Part shown: positions 45,334 to 60,832 of the stretch, piece after piece | Position numbering within the stretch: the first letter of the stretch is position 1 | How the letters are laid out: each line of letters opens with the position of its first letter | Source: Owenia fusiformis | Taxonomy: Eukaryota | Assembly: GCA_903813345.2 (NCBI GenBank) | Contig: CAIIXF020000001.1 | Location: 13,082,001 to 13,146,000 of the forward strand | Reading direction: 5' to 3' | Length of the DNA: 64,000 nucleotides | The notes under the pieces: model-generated | The model's input: the letters and a program-made list of their open reading frames with translations, nothing else | What the model was told of the DNA's origin: nothing | The model's database searches: none | Program-made: the position numbers and the translations under genes

Positions 45334-48300
45334 CACTAGAATGCTACAATGACACAGATATGTCATATGTACGCTAAATAGTAAATACTGGAAAAATATA
45401 AAGATATCTCACAAACACGAAGTTAAACATCTCATCACAAATTACTATGGAACAATCAAAACTGCGACTGTGAGTCACACAAAATCTTATTTTTGCGTTA
45501 CCTGTTGTTGCATAATGCAGTGAAATGAAACTCTCAATCTTTGAACAAATGCAATACAAACAAAAACTATCATACAGGCTTAGAATCAAAGAAGATGGTG
45601 CTTTTTTAAATGTGATGTTAATTCTATTTCATTTAGTTTAAGATTCAACAAAGGATATGGATGAGTTGGCGTACTTCTATCTATTTTACAATATTCCTTG
45701 TTGTGAATATTTACCTAAAATACCAAGAGTTATGACTTTGTTTCATGATATTCAATGCTTTGATTTCTTATTTGACAATTTCAAAAGAAGGATTTCCTCT
45801 TCAATTTGGACATTTCTGCATCTTAAATCTACATTGACTTCTAAATTTCAGCGGATATCTCAATTCTTTCGGAAATTAAATTTTGGATTGAGATATCCTT
45901 TGCTGCTAACTTAATTAGTTCAAATGTAACCTACATACATACGTACATACAACTACATGTATTTCAATGGAAAAGCTTGCCATGTATGGCACTTTCCTAA
46001 CTTAAAGGATTATTTTTTCTGAAATTTCGAAATTATTCATTATAGTTAGATTAGCATTGTTTTCAGAAATATTTGTAGAAAAAGAATGTTCTTAGTCAAT
46101 TTCACAATGTAAAAAGGCTAGGATTGTTAGAAGGTTTCAAACTGTAAAAAATGTACATAATGTACAAATAGAGTCATATTTATTCTATATTTTAGTGAAC
46201 TTAAATAGGTAGTGAGAACCAAGACTTAACTGTTTAAAGAAGCAATGTAGTTCAGTTTTAAGATATAATGATGCAATGAAAAATACAACTGGAACTATAT
46301 TATTGTAATGTAGACAATTTAGGGCAACATTTAAATAGTAAAATGAATCTAACAATCATAATATAAAATGTGCAATCGAGCTGTAGTAGAGCTTTAATAA
46401 TATAGAGAAAAACTTGCTTTTAATTTACAGAAACACAATCATTGATTGGTTAATCAATCAACTGAATTATCATTGTTTGGTTGATTGATATGATATAAGG
46501 GGCTGTGTTATACGTATATGCATCTAGCAACATTGATAATGTCAATACAAACTCATTCTACTTACATTTTATTATTGTATTGAACACTGGAACAATGAAT
46601 AGGAATGCATAGGGGACCTCAGTTTAAAGTGAAATTTCTAAAATGCACTGCAGCTCTAACCTTATACTAAGTAAATTGTTCATTGTTTCATTCTCTGAAA
46701 AATCAGCATCTCGCATTTCGTTGTATTGTTTGTATATGATGTTGTGTCAAGTGTTAGTGAGTTTTAGTTGACCAATCGGATGAAAGATTGGGACGTATAG
46801 AATCTGTTGGGTCTCCCTACATGTACAAAATAATTAACTGATAAAAAGGTGTATTAAAACCATGTCATCGGAAAAAAAATACCAAATTACTTTAGAATCC
46901 AAGAACAACACGCTGCCATAATCTGTTAGAATTTTGTTTACAAAACAATAGGCTAGATATTGATATAACTGACATAATTTGCCTCCAAACAATGGCCAGG
47001 CCATTGCATTGATATTTAGTCACCAAACCCAATGGAAATCTTCAGACCTTATGTGTATTAAAACTTGTTGTATAAGAGACTGTAAATATTCTTTAACTTA
47101 GCATAAACATTGAACAGTTCAAGTTGCGTTCATACAAGAGATGGACTCGGGATTGTCATTCTCATACAGTGGAAAGCCTTTGTCTATATTTATATTGAAA
47201 ACTGGAGTAATAAAAAAACAAAATCAACTAATATATGCCTTCTGTCTAATTGAGAAGTAGACCCATGACTAAAACATTCTACATAATTGTGCACCTTGAA
47301 CAATACCTGGAAACAGCATCTATACTGCTGTACTGTAAACTATACAAGCAGCTTACCTGGCAAAACTTACAATATGGAATTAAAGTTCTGTTTCTATGTT
47401 TATAATGAGAGGTGCATGATAAATAGAATATTTGCAGAAGAGGCCAGAAAACTAAGACGAGACTTTTTGCCTCCAACCATGCCCATTGTCAATTTCATTG
47501 CTTGTCATCACTAGATATAGTAGTTAGTTTCAAACTAGGTTATATTGTTGTAAAATTGTCACCCTTTTGTTGTTATTTTGTTTAAAAACAACATTCCTTT
47601 AGGTGAAATATATTAATGGTCAAAAACTTCCCAATTTGACCCAAGCTCTTGTGTTAAAAAATGTGAGCTTCCCAGCCAGTCCCAGGAAATTTAAAGGTAG
47701 TGTCTGATCTAGCGAGTGACCTCTACAAAAAATTGTCTCAATTTTAGAATATTTTGGGCTCATATCATTCCTTGTCATGCCTGCCATGTCTATTTTTAAA
47801 AAATTCCCAGTTGTATAAACTAAGCTGAGATAAGTTTATTTGAGGAAAACTAACAATTTTTAAATGAATGCATTAACTTATCCTGTTATCTATAAATGTG
47901 ATTTATCATTTGGGAGAATTTACACATTCCTGGCAAATTGAGCACTTTTAATCTTAATAACTCCAACAATTGATAAAATACTGCTGATATTCTTTTGGAG
48001 ATAGTAACTACATACATTTGAAGACATTTGAAGATCAGTTGTTCATTTGTGACCCATATAGCTCTGATTCTGCCTTTTGGGACTAGAGGGGATAGAGATA
48101 ATTTGAAAGTGAAGTAAAAATATCTACATTTTACAGTATTTTCTCACAGTGAGCACTGTAATCATCCCTAGATGTACTCTGTTTGTTTTATCCTAGAGGA
48201 ACTTTACTATTACATGTATTTTTGCTCACACCATTTCCAACATTATTCATGTCATTGACATGTCTGTTCTCTAAATCTGGACACAACATTACTGACTTGT

Positions 48301-48894
48301 CTTAGGATAATCATTTTTGAGATTATCTAGCTGAAATTTGAATAAGGTATTTTGATATTTTCATCTCAATGACCACCACTGCCACTGTCTGTATCACACT
48401 GGACGAAACGGTTTTTGGCTACACTTATAGGAGCTCTTCAAACATAAAACCTGGAAGGTGTTATTATCAAGTAAGAAATTGGACTGTGTAATACGAAACA
48501 AAACTTTGTGCAGCTGTGTCTTCAAGTGCGGATTGCGTGAGTATTTGACGTTTATTTCTTTAAATGCAAAGCTGAATTGAAAGTATAGACTCTATACTAC
48601 TTTTTATTAGTATTATTACATTGGTCTCCAAATTCTGTATGCTATCTAAAATATCTGATATATTGAAAGAAATGATATTTTTTCCAAAATTTAATTTTTA
48701 AATCTGACCTGGTGGTGCTGGTCTGACTTCTCAGACTTCTCTACCAGCTGACAGAAATCTTTTGAGCCAGCTGTGTTCAGTAACTCAGACTCATGAAGAT
48801 CTGATCAACAGAGATCTATTTATATGGTTTCTTCTTGACAGCCCATTTCACCGTTTTATTTCGTCAGTAGATTAGAACCCCCAAAATAAGAAAT

Positions 48895-49238
48895 CAGGGC
48901 GGTGAATTCGTACGATCCATGATCCGATCCGGATAAATTTCGTCATGGTAATGATGCATTGTGCGATTAATCCAAGAATTAATCCAAAAATCGGTGAATT
49001 CGTACGATCCTGGGATTTATCTCAGGATAAATCTCAATCCACCTCTAGAGGTAGATTACTTTTTAGATAAATTTTATTTGAATTGCAATGCAAATTGGAT
49101 AAATCTTGGGGATTCCCCCTCATAATCTCGGATCGTACGAATTCACCAAATATTTATCGGATAAGTAATCCAAAATTTATCCAAAAAGATAAAATTTATC
49201 CGGATTAGATTGGGGATTGTACGAATTTACGGCCCCTG
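48895..49238. mobile_element. PIF/Harbinger-like palindromic MITE
   Basis: TIR cagggcggtgaattcgtacgatcc / ggattgtacgaatttacggcccctg; inner inverted pair at 48993-49010 and 49130-49147. Confidence 0.7.
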
Positions 49239-49729
49239 GAGACCATTGTGCAATAATAAATGGAAAAGTAAATTCATATTGTACATGAATGACATTTGTA
49301 TATTTCAAATTATTTAGTTTTTTTGTGCAATAAGACCGTGCCCTCTTGTAATTTAAAGAATTTCAGCCATGTTAATCTTTTTGAAAATACTATGGCAGAG
49401 AAGCATCAAAATATAAGAGGCCACATACTTTATTATAGCCAAACTAGAAGCAATCCAAGATATACAAATGTCATTTATGTACAATAGGATTATATTTTTC
49501 CATATATTATTGCAAAATGATCTTTTGATTTCTTATTTTTAGGTTTTACTGATGCAATAAAACAATGAAATGGGCTGTAGTTATTACGCTAAGAGATAGT
49601 TATAAGCTCATTTCATTTGAACTCTTATTCCTAATGATTTCAAAACCTGTAGTGTACCACAACATCCTTGTACTAGTCTAGTATACAGTCTATGTTAGAC
49701 GATAGAGTGAGACAAACTTGCAGACCTAT

Positions 49730-50262
49730 TATAGAGGGATGTCGCGAAAGGAAAGCACAATCAATACCCCCTGATTAATTATCTGATACTTGAATAAACT
49801 GGGGAAATTCACTTGTTGTTTGATTTGTCGTTAAATTTGTTTATCATGGTCACGTGACCAAAGGAACGCCATAAATGGCAATTCTAAAATAAATTAAAAA
49901 CCGGATTTGAATCTGATTAGCTGTCTGGCTCAAGGCACATGCCCAGTTTGCAGACGCTCATGTCACTTGACAGTGTTTTCCCTCGATTGCCGCAATCAAA
50001 CTCAATTGTGTATAATTCTGACAGTTGGTTGTTCTGTTGATTTTCTCAATATATCAGCAATACCCATAAGTTGGTCTCAAGATATATTTAAGTAAAGATA
50101 TAATATACGCAATTATAATGGAACATCACTGATTGTCCGGGAGAGAAACCTTTGGCATACAGAGTATCTTTAAACTCCTGTGTGAAAAGCTTGCATCGAT
50201 CATATTTTATCCCGCCTACTATCAGCTTTTTTTTTATCTAAACCAGTGAGGACTCTGTAAGT
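49730..50262 (+). promoter_or_regulatory. Probable promoter and non-coding first exon of a downstream gene
   Basis: Local CpG enrichment; palindromic E-box tggtcacgtgacca at 49847-49860; cgccat; donor-like ct|gtaagt at 50257; follows AATAAA sites at about 49255 and 49556. Confidence 0.35.
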
Positions 50263-53200
50263 CTTTATTTTAAAATTAGCATTTTATCCATGATTCAGTC
50301 AAGAATTTCACCAAAGTTTTATTGTGCAATGTAACATGTGATCAGGACACTGGACGAAATCCCTGGGAATTTCATTTAAAAAAAATTGGCGGACACTTAT
50401 CCGTATAAGTGTCCGCCAAATCTGTCAAATTAAAACGGCCGTCAAAATGAAAGCAATTTACAGTGTACTGGAAGTCAATTTAAAAGCAATTTTATGAACT
50501 TGATTTGTTGAACAAAATATTCTTTTTCTACTTGTAGACTGGGACAAGTAGATTTGATGATCTAAGGTTAATGATATATTGAGAAAATGTATTGAGGTTT
50601 GTCTAGTTTGAGATTAGTTGTCCCTCGACAACTAATTTCAAATTAGGTAAACTTTGATTTTGAACTAATTTTACATATTTCTTGACCTTTATTGTGAATG
50701 TATTTACTGGCATGCATGTCCATGTCCCATATCAAATAGTTTTTTAAATGTTTAGAAAGACTTGATTCTAACAAAATTTAGCATCTTGGGCAAGTGTTGT
50801 AAATTACTGGCGAAATATCAAAAAATATCAAAACATGTTTCAATCTACTTCCAAAAATTGAAATAAATATCAAGGTGACACGAACATATATTTTGTTGGT
50901 ATTTTACATGCAATGGTGAAAGTAAGACACATTATGTTTTTCTTGGCAGGCCTTTTTGAAAAAAGTCTGCCTCTTTACAAAATGTTTGATGAACTTTCTG
51001 TGAAAATAGATTAGCTTGCAAAGAATGAAGCTCCAGAGATCTGCCAAGGACCAATGCAGTAATCTATTTCTATTCATTGATAAGAATCACTAAAGGGGAA
51101 ATTTGTATACATCCTTTTAACTAACTCAATTTCCTATGATTTTACTTTCAGACATACAATATAGTGCTTTTGACCTTCATTTAACAAGGGAATATAATGA
51201 ACAAAACAGTTTATTTTAACGTTGGTAATTTTATGATTACAAATCCCAGTAGAATAAAGGGGTAAACTTGTTGATCTTATTCATTAGATGCAGTAACAAT
51301 TATTTTATCGTTATATAACAGAATTTAGGCAAATCATTTTGAAATTAAGAAATGTGGCAATCGTCTTATGGGACATTGCCATCGTCACTTTCCACTGGGT
51401 CTAGAGACCAATTGAAACCTTGTGAATCAAGATGGGACATTGCCTCAAACCCAAAGGCCCATGTCAGCTCTTCAATCAGTGTTGTCAGTTAATTCTAAGA
51501 ACATGGAAGTAAAAGACACCAAAGGAGCAAACATCACACAAATAGAACCAGCATTGATATTCACAGGGTCCATTATTATGTGGTTCTTCCATTCTCAATA
51601 TTACAAGGTTCGCTGCTTCCTTTTACAATTGTCTTGAAAGGCTTGTTTTTCTTCTATTATTCTTCAATGTATGTTAATTTGAGTTTGAATCCTTATTCAA
51701 TGTATTATATAATCTTCCTTATGCTAAAGGCAATCTACATTGTCTTGGACATTATTCTTGAGGAGATTGAACAGAAAAGGTCACTGATCTGGAATAGACC
51801 CAATGCTCTTATAGTCTAAATGATGATATCATATTGGCTCTATATGCCAAGAACACCAGGCTTTTGATTGCTCATATCTCCGTGTTATTTTGTGATCAGA
51901 ATTGGATAAACTAAGTCAAGTACTTCATTTGAGAGCATTTAAGTCCAGTTTATCAATAGAGGCGTTCAATGAGTTTGAGGTGTCAAATACAGGCAAGTAA
52001 CATTTATTTGTAGTTTTTAATGATATAAGCAAGAATGAAGTATCAATTTGAGTGAACAACTTATTTAAAGATATATTATTATATTAATGTATAGTGCTCC
52101 AAGCTTTGGAAACATCTTGAATTATATATTATTGTTGTACTTTCAGCGTTATGATCTATTTTTGTCTTGTTTAACTCAACTGTCTTAGTGTTCAACATAT
52201 CTAGTACTGTAGGGCATAGGAGTATGTAATCGTAATGTCTTCCTCATCACATAATTACTAGTTTAGTTAAACACTGTTATCATCATGTGTTCACCTGGCT
52301 TTTCTGAAAGGGAACATTTTAGTTCAAAATGTATAAATAATCCAATAAAGTAAAAAATACATAAGTACGATAAGTACGATGTCTATAAGGTTCAGGCAGA
52401 CCTACACCTTTTGCTATAAATTGCATGTTATTATGGAACTCTGTAGAAACTATATACTTCTATGAAATAAATGTAATAATTCATGATTCATCATAGTTCT
52501 TTTGACAGAATTATCAATAGACAAGAAAATGTGTTTATTTCAAATCCTCTGTGTGTTCCTCAGCCATAGTCATTCATCAAATGTGTTGTACAATGTTAAG
52601 CAAGTAAAATTCCAATATAACATAAATATGTCAAATGTCATGGGAAATTAACTTGTCTAGTTAGTGTGTACTCTAAAACATTTCTCATGTTTTACAACAT
52701 TTTGTGATCAAAGTCACAACCTACTATTAGAACATTTACAAATAGAACGCCACAAAGGTGAAAAATAGGTATTATTCTTGGAAAGGTATGTAGGCTCATA
52801 GCCAATTTTTTGAAAAATTCCAAGGAGGTTCATATTTGAAAATTTTGGCCAAAAATTACTTGAAAAGTGCTCAGAATGGTGAAAATATGCATAATTTTGG
52901 AAAAATGTTTGGTCAGGGTTGGGATGCGGGAATGGTCCTATCTAGTCTAGTTTTACCACATTGGCAGCAAGTTTCATATCTCATATTTCAAGGCTCTTAT
53001 TGCGTTGACGAATTCATCACTAAAATCAGGTAATCTAGTCCTTTGTTTTTTTCTTCAATAAGAATGGCTATATACGTGTATACAGTTTGGAATGGTTATC
53101 CAGGGCAGCTCTCACAACTTCAATCTCAGATAAGTGAAATTGGACCATGGAGCATATTAGTGCATAGTAATTTAAGAGACAAATTAAACTGGTGTTTATT

Positions 53201-56200
53201 CAATATATTACCTATTAATTCCTGCTATCTGCATATTACACATGGTGTCTCTTTCTAATGTTTCAATCTGTCTTGTATCATATTTTCCAGATATCTGTAC
53301 TTATTTGACCAGTTTATTTCGCATTTGTGAAATATTTGATTTGAGAAACAATTTTGAATATATTTGCTGTACTGTATGATCCTACAGGCCCTATCTTTTG
53401 ACATTCTTAGCCTTCTCTCTTTTATCAACATGAGATCAAGATAATTAGTGTTTCTTTAATACCTTGATTGAGAAAGATCAATAAAAATCTCATTTATTTT
53501 TGATATCAGTTAATGTCATCACCTTATTAGGCTTCCTTTTATACTGAACATGTTTACAGGTAGTAAGTACACAGGCGCGAGTAGAGGTTCACACACAGAC
53601 ATAGTTTGAGGGCTAATTCTGTAGAGATAGAGGTCTTTATACTTGCACATGGATAAATCTAAAGGGCTAAGTTTAGTCATAGGGCTAAGTTCACATAGAG
53701 GACTGTGTTCTCATACAGGGCTTTGAATTTGTTTGTGACTTAAAATCTACAGAGGGCTAAGTCTATGTAGAGATGACAGTCTATGTTTCTTCACAATTCA
53801 CATGGATAAATCTTTAAAGAGCATTGCGATATAGCAGCACCCCCTAAATGTCTTTATCCTTCTCTCACAAACAGCAGATAAGAGGGGCTCTGGTATACCA
53901 GAATGGCAAAGTTATAGTCATTCACAGGGCTAAGTTCATACATGGGCTTTCAACTAGAATTGAAAGCCCATGGTTCATATAGAGAACTATGTACTCATAC
54001 AGGGCTAAATCCACAGAGAGCTAAGTACAAGTGAGCCTAAGAGTGAAGTAGAATGTTTACTTCAAGAAAGAGGTATAGAGGTTCATTTCATTCCATTTTA
54101 CGCAACCTCTAACATGTCTAATGATGCAATTTATTTTTAATAGAATAGCCTAAATATTAGTGTGGGTGCTAATGTCACTAACACATGCAGTAGGATGATG
54201 TATAAGTAGCCTGTATTACTACCTCTTGATCATTCTTTCATTGATTTCTCCATCAAAAAGACAAGATGTAGACGTACAATTTAACATTTCATTTAATCCT
54301 TGAGATTTATTTGCATTCATTACTGAGAATTATTTGAGCATGAGAAATAAATCTTTAAGGAAACATTCACACATTTGAACATGTAATAATGTTCCCTGAA
54401 AATGTAATTCTATTCCGTGAAGGAACTATTATTGTTTAAGTGCACGTAGCAAATATGATTTGGATTAAACATTGTAACATTTATTGAAAATCGAACCATG
54501 TTGTTGCTGGTATTAGTTCTTACTACAATAGCCCTGGGGTTTAAACTGTAATCTGTTAATCCAATGGGAAGTCAACTTTAAAGACAAGGTAAGAGAAAAT
54601 AGTTTTTCATAATCAAATGTTACGTGAGATTGCCTTGCATTTAACGATTACTGGCTAAAAATTAACTTGTTATCAATCAAAAAATATATGAATGATGTGT
54701 TTATTTTGCAAAAAACAACTGAATTTAACATAACAATATTTGAAATATAAAAATGCAAATAATTTGTATCTGCATTACAGTTTGTATCTTTGAATTTTGT
54801 ATATGGCATGTCCCAGAGATGAACTTTATGTTTACAAGTTGTTTAATAAGTTTATTTAAAGTCATCTTGTGGTTGAAGTTTGAAAAAGGAGGAAATGTCT
54901 TGAACTCTTGGGATTTATGAATGTTTGTGGTATGGTTTATGGGACATTTTTATATCTGGGCAACCACAGGTCTATAAAAGTAGGGGCTGACCCAAAACTT
55001 TTACTGGGAGATAATTGTATGGTGGAAATGCGTTGAGTACATACCAGTCTCTCCCTACCTTTGAAGAACCATTAACGATCAATCTAATCAAACAATCTTG
55101 ATGATTATTAACTTGACCTTTAATTATAATGTTTAGAGTAAACTCAGTAGATTGCCAAATAAAAAAAAATAAAAAAATATTGCCAGATGTAAAGGTAGCA
55201 TGAACCTTTTTTATTTTATATTTATGACTGACACCTTTATTATCTGGCCCCCATATATTCTGGAAAATCAAAGCAATGCCGGTCCTATATACATGTGGTT
55301 AAGTGACCTGTCTGTTACCTCTAGGGGCAAGTGACCCAGGGAATTCTTGTTCTTTATTACTGTCTGTTGTTTTTTATGTCTTGAAGGGAAGGTACTAGTA
55401 TCTATGCTCATCTCTCACTGCTGTCAAGCAGGGAGGAGTCTAGTCTGCTACCACGATAACAATAGCTATTAGTTTCAAGTAAGTTTCTTCACTTTTTGCT
55501 TCTGGAGTATGTCTGATCTGATTTTATTGTGAAAACTGTCAATGCTGTTTGCAGACTCCAAATACATTGTTTTACCTCCTGTGCCATCTATCTCTCTGAG
55601 ACAGGAATGGAATAACAGCAATAGGAGATTTTCGAATTTCAGCAGTTATAACTTCACATATATACTCTCTGCCCCTATTACCTAGAGCTTGCCTGGTGCT
55701 CTACTGCTCATATATAGATGATACCGTATCGATATACTACAGGCCCGAGCACCTAGAACTGTACAAGGAGCAGAATTATATGATGGTAACTTGGTACAAT
55801 CCATTATGTTGATTTGAAGATATCTGAAGAAATAACATGAGGAGCATATTGTTGTTACCATAGTTTTTCCTCAGAAGTCACCATATTTGTTTTTTCAAAT
55901 ACATGTACATTATAAACCAAGGCTCTCTAATACAGAACATTACAGAAATAATGATCAAGTGAAACATATTGACAATTTGTCAGACAAAAAGTCTCTCAAT
56001 ATAAATAATTCATTGATACTAAGACAGCAAAGAGTTTATTTGAGACAAACATTTACATACTAGCTATTAACACACTCCAACGAAGATGTTATTATAACCT
56101 ATTAGATCCCTGAGACATAATGCCAACACTTCAACTACATGTAAACTTTATGTCTCACAGTTTTGTTTTACCCCTTAGGCAATTTTTACTGTCAAGAGTT

Positions 56201-57689
56201 CTTGTATGTGATATGCCTCTGGCTTCCATACTTTTTCATAGGTTGGACAATAGAGAGTAGGAAGGGAAGGGTGCTTGATTTTTAGCTTTGCCTCTTGAGA
56301 TAAAGTTCATAAAAATTGCTTGCTTTACTTATCAAGTATAACTCTTTGCTGATCAGTTTACAAGAAATATTGAGATACTTTTCGTAAAATACAAATTCAA
56401 ATTTGTAAGAAATATTTATTATTAGTCTTGCTTCAAAACTTTATTGTGATTTTATCCATACTCTCACTTACCAGTTTGATTTTCAATGAAAACTTCATTC
56501 CTTGTTATCTAAGATGATTTTATGATGGTTAGTAAGATTATACATTTGGTTTGGCCAATAGAGTTTATATAAGTTATACTCTTCGATGTTGGGTTTGTTC
56601 CTTAAAGAGACAGCTTCTTTTATTAGAAATTGTATAGAATTCTCCAGCAGGCCCATACTTAGCAGGATTGTAAGTTTCTCCATCTGCTTCCATATAGTCC
56701 TGGATTCTCATAATTCCTTAAAATAAAAATAGTCAGTTGTTGTGTATAAAACACTTATTTTAGAGTTCTTTGTTTTTAAACATTTCTATAATTTTTATGA
56801 TTTTGCCATACAGTACACCTGTGCACAATGAACACCTGTAGATGGATGTTCACCACAGTTTTTGTCATAATAGAAGTTATAGAACTTAGACAGATTTTAC
56901 TATACGATATAGTATTATTTAATTAGCCACGGGCATTCTGGTTCTTCCTACACAGCATACAGATGTATTATTTCCTTGCAACAGGCTGTGGTTTATTTTA
57001 GGCATCTTTATTGTTTGTTTTTGCCAGGTTTACAGCAAGGTTTATGTCTTTTTTAATTGATTAGGTACTAAAATCTTTTGGTATCAGTTTTTGCTCAACC
57101 ATAACAATCTAAAAGATAAAAACAGCCAGCAGATTGATAAACTGCCAATTCAGGCTGATTCTGAACTGAACCAAATTTATTCTACCAAGTACTTGAGGGA
57201 TTTACAATTGAGTAAGGAAGTTGTAGGAAGTTGGATGCATTCAGCCTTTCTTAGGTAATATAATTAGCCAATGTAATAGATAATTCACCAGAGGTTTTAT
57301 TTGGTAAATATCTCATGTCAATGTTAACTTGATTTGCTAAACATGTTAACAGTACTGATCTGCCACCAGGAGGAGGCTCTAATTGCTTTTCATACAAAAA
57401 TGTGCTTTCAAAGTGCTAATTTTGATTTCAATTTTGACTTTACAAATCTTATGCTTGTTTTCACCATTAAGAATTTGGAAATGTTATTTTTTAAGGAAAG
57501 GCATGTTTAGATGTTCTGTAGTAAAATTAGGAGGTGCTCTATAGATATGAGAATGTAACTTTTTTATTTACATTCTCCAAAAGGAAGTATAGATTTTCAA
57601 AAACAGTAACATGTATGCATGTAAGTTGTTAAAATGAGTAAAATAATTTTTGTTAATCTTGATACTCTATGTAGTTCAAATGGCCTCTC

Positions 57690-57790
57690 CTTTTAACAAA
57701 CAAATAGACAAACAAACAAGCAAACAAACAAACAAACTAGCAAACAATCTAAACAAACAGGCAAACAATTTAAACAAAGTGGCAAACAGA
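57690..57790. repeat. (AAAC)n degenerate microsatellite
   Basis: aacaaacaaatagacaaacaaacaagcaaacaaac. Confidence 0.75.
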
Positions 57791-58525
57791 ATTATGAAAC
57801 AAGAGGCGGGAATACAGGAATACTTAGAGAAGGGGTGTGGAAGGATATAAACTTTAATAGACTTAATCTCTTACTGTTACAGCTACATGTCGTATGTTGG
57901 CATGAATGCAAAATGTCATTGGGGTATAAGATTATTATACTAGTATATGTAACATATTCATTAGATGTATATTTAATGGAGATTTGCTCTTACTCCCCCA
58001 TGATATATGCTATTAACTGAACTATAACTGAACTTTAAGCTGTTAAAAAGATTTATGAATTTATTTATGATAATAGTATTACCATATACAAAGTTTGATA
58101 CAAAATATTGGGTTAGTTTGACTCATTTCCAGATTAAGAAGTAAGTAGGGTGATAATCCGATTTTTCAACCTCGTAATTTCAGGCATCGCAGACTTCTGA
58201 TCCATAATACTGTGAAGCGCAATATAAGAGGTTTTTGTTGAGTAAATGTTAGGATAAAAATTGTGAAGCTCAATTTGAAAGAATTATTGAGCTGTTTAGA
58301 TTAGTGTTTAGGTTATGTATTTGTTTTGAATAGAGTTAGGACACAACTCCTTTGAGGCAAGATAGTCTTGTTTAAATGTGGGAATAGCTCTTTATAACAT
58401 GCATGTAATCTGTGGTGACAAGTAATGTACAAATAGAACCTTAAATTCACTGATTTGAAAGTGTTTGTTAACATTCATTGGGAATCATACCAACTGACCA
58501 TATTATGGATTTGATGTATAAAGTA

Positions 58526-58856
58526 CAGTGGCGGATCCAGGAACCAACAAGGGGGGGGGCCCAAATTTGAGAATATAGAAAAAACCTCCGCGCTTGCGTG
58601 TGAAAAAATTTTGGGCCCCTAAAACCGAAAAAGTGGGCCCAAATTTTGAAAATTTGAGGCCCATTTTCTTCCAAATTTGGCCTAAATTGAAAAAATAAGG
58701 CCTTAGAAGGCCCAATAATGACCAAAAGGCTCACTTTTTGGGGCCTTAAGGCCTTTTTTGGCCTAAAATTTTTTTGGGCCCAACTTCTTTTTTTTTTGGG
58801 CCAACCTTAGGGGGGGGGCCCGGGCCCCATGGGCCCCCCCCCCGGATCCGCCATAG
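58526..58856. mobile_element. hAT-like MITE (CAGTGGCGGATCC type)
   Basis: cagtggcggatcc ... ggatccgccatag with many gggccc motifs; TSD degenerate. Confidence 0.65.
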
Positions 58857-59879
58857 AAGTAGGTGTAAATTAACATAAAGGTGCATCTAGTGTACTGTAA
58901 TTCACATTCTATAATTTAAAAGTACCATCTATGGAAAAACCTAACTTTTCCAGAATTATGGAGTATTCTGCAGCCCCTGGCTCAATCAAATTGAGTATGC
59001 TGTTCTAGTATATTCATTTCAGTCATGGAATACCTTGATTGATTGAGATGCAGCATCAATTGATTTAATTCCTCAGAAACTGGAGATATTTTGGCAGAAC
59101 TTTGATTTGTTATTTGTGGTTGTATTTTACACTCTGACATTATTTCAGCTTGTTTTCATTCTCAGTTGTTATTCTAGGTCTGACAGCCTTCACCAGGCAG
59201 TGAGAGTCCACAGGTATCAATTACAAAGTGTGGCAGTGGTCAATTAACCAATCACCTTTGGCCCTCTGGAGCAGATGTATCCCTGACGCCACCTATAGAG
59301 CACATCTGATACTACCTCCAGGCCTACAACATTGAGCGATAAATATCCTGATATGATTGGACTAGAACAGATTGAAGATGGGCCTCTATGAAGCATTCAA
59401 TTAGCACTGATGGCAGCTGCTTCGTAATGTAAGTAACCAATGTTTTAAGTTTGCGTTTTCTAATTAGATTTATCGGTAGACCTGAGCAATCAGAGAATTG
59501 CAATCACTATATTGTTTGAACCTAGTCTGGTAGTGAAAACACTAGGAAATAAACTTGGTTTAAAGTGTTTCTATCTGGAATTCTTGGGTATTACCTAGCT
59601 AGTATTACCTCATTGTGTCCTAGCATTTGAGTGCTTAACAAGCAACAAGCAGCTTTCAGAAGTGCTATAGTAAATAAACTTGGACCTGTATATTTTATAT
59701 GATTAGATTGGTTATTTTGTAAATACTACATTAAGACAAAAAGTATAAGAAATATTTTGAGATAACTGCAATAGCTGGAGAATTGTGAACAGTTATCATT
59801 GAGATTCAGGCTAGTGGAACTGACAGTAGAAGGATAGCAACATTTGGATTTGTACCAGTGTTCCCAAGATTAACAGGTA

Positions 59880-59982
59880 AGATGCAAGTTAATACGCTGT
59901 TATATACAGATATCCATTTTAGCTAAGATGTAAGTTAATACGCTGTTATATACAGATATCCATTTTAGCTTAGATGCAAGTT
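59880..59982. repeat. About 46-bp tandem duplication
   Basis: aagttaatacgctgttatatacagatatccattttagct twice, plus a partial third unit. Confidence 0.85.
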
Positions 59983-60832
59983 TATAAGGTCAGGTCTGTA
60001 TAGCAAAAAATCCATAGTGGTTTAATTTTGACCCAAAATCACTTGAGCAGTACTCAAAATGGTAAAAACTGCATGGTTTTGAAAGATGTTTCAGCTAGGG
60101 GTAACCTCACATGGCTATGAGCCTGAAGCTGTTTTATGCAAGCATATAAGATGCATGTTAGGTATACAAGGCCAGGATGCTCACATCACAGGAGTTTTTG
60201 TAGTAGACAATAATTGCTTTAGAGATAAACAATGAGTCAAAAACAGACCAAAAACAAGCACATTGATATCAGCTCCTTTGGTCAGAAATGAGATGTCTGT
60301 TTTTGCATTTAGTAAGAGATTGAAGGACATTGCAGCAGTCATAACATATAGATATGATGGCATGTTTTGACATTTAACATACTAATTTACATTCCTGAGA
60401 CAGTTTGTTACTTTAAATAAGTTAACCTTGAATCTCGTCTTATATGTCTTATATCTTTAGTATACTGGTAGAAAGAGCCAAGACTATAGATTCTTAATTA
60501 TCTTAAAATACAACGAAACTTGTACAATGGAACACCAATAGAGCTCCAATACCAACTGACTTATGTTAGATGAACCTTTATAAGTAGAACACCTCCCAAG
60601 AAGAACACTTTTTAGAGGTACCAAAGGTGTTCTACTGAGACAGGTTTTACTGTAAAAGAAATGGTCTGAGTCCTATACAGCAAGACTTATTCTTGCTATT
60701 ATCTGAATATATTGGGAGAAACTGTAAATCTGACAGTCTTAATTTGTTAGTCTTATATAAACATAGATCTTGAAATGTTTCAACACATTCAGGGCATATT
60801 TAGTAGAACACATGGCTGGCCTGTTCTTCTGT

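Noticed and set aside
51422-51819. Short ORFs of 71 and 79 aa
   Set aside because: No recognisable homology or splice context in either strand
53560-54030. Dispersed agggctaag motif repeats
   Set aside because: Degenerate minisatellite-like sequence with no definable unit or termini
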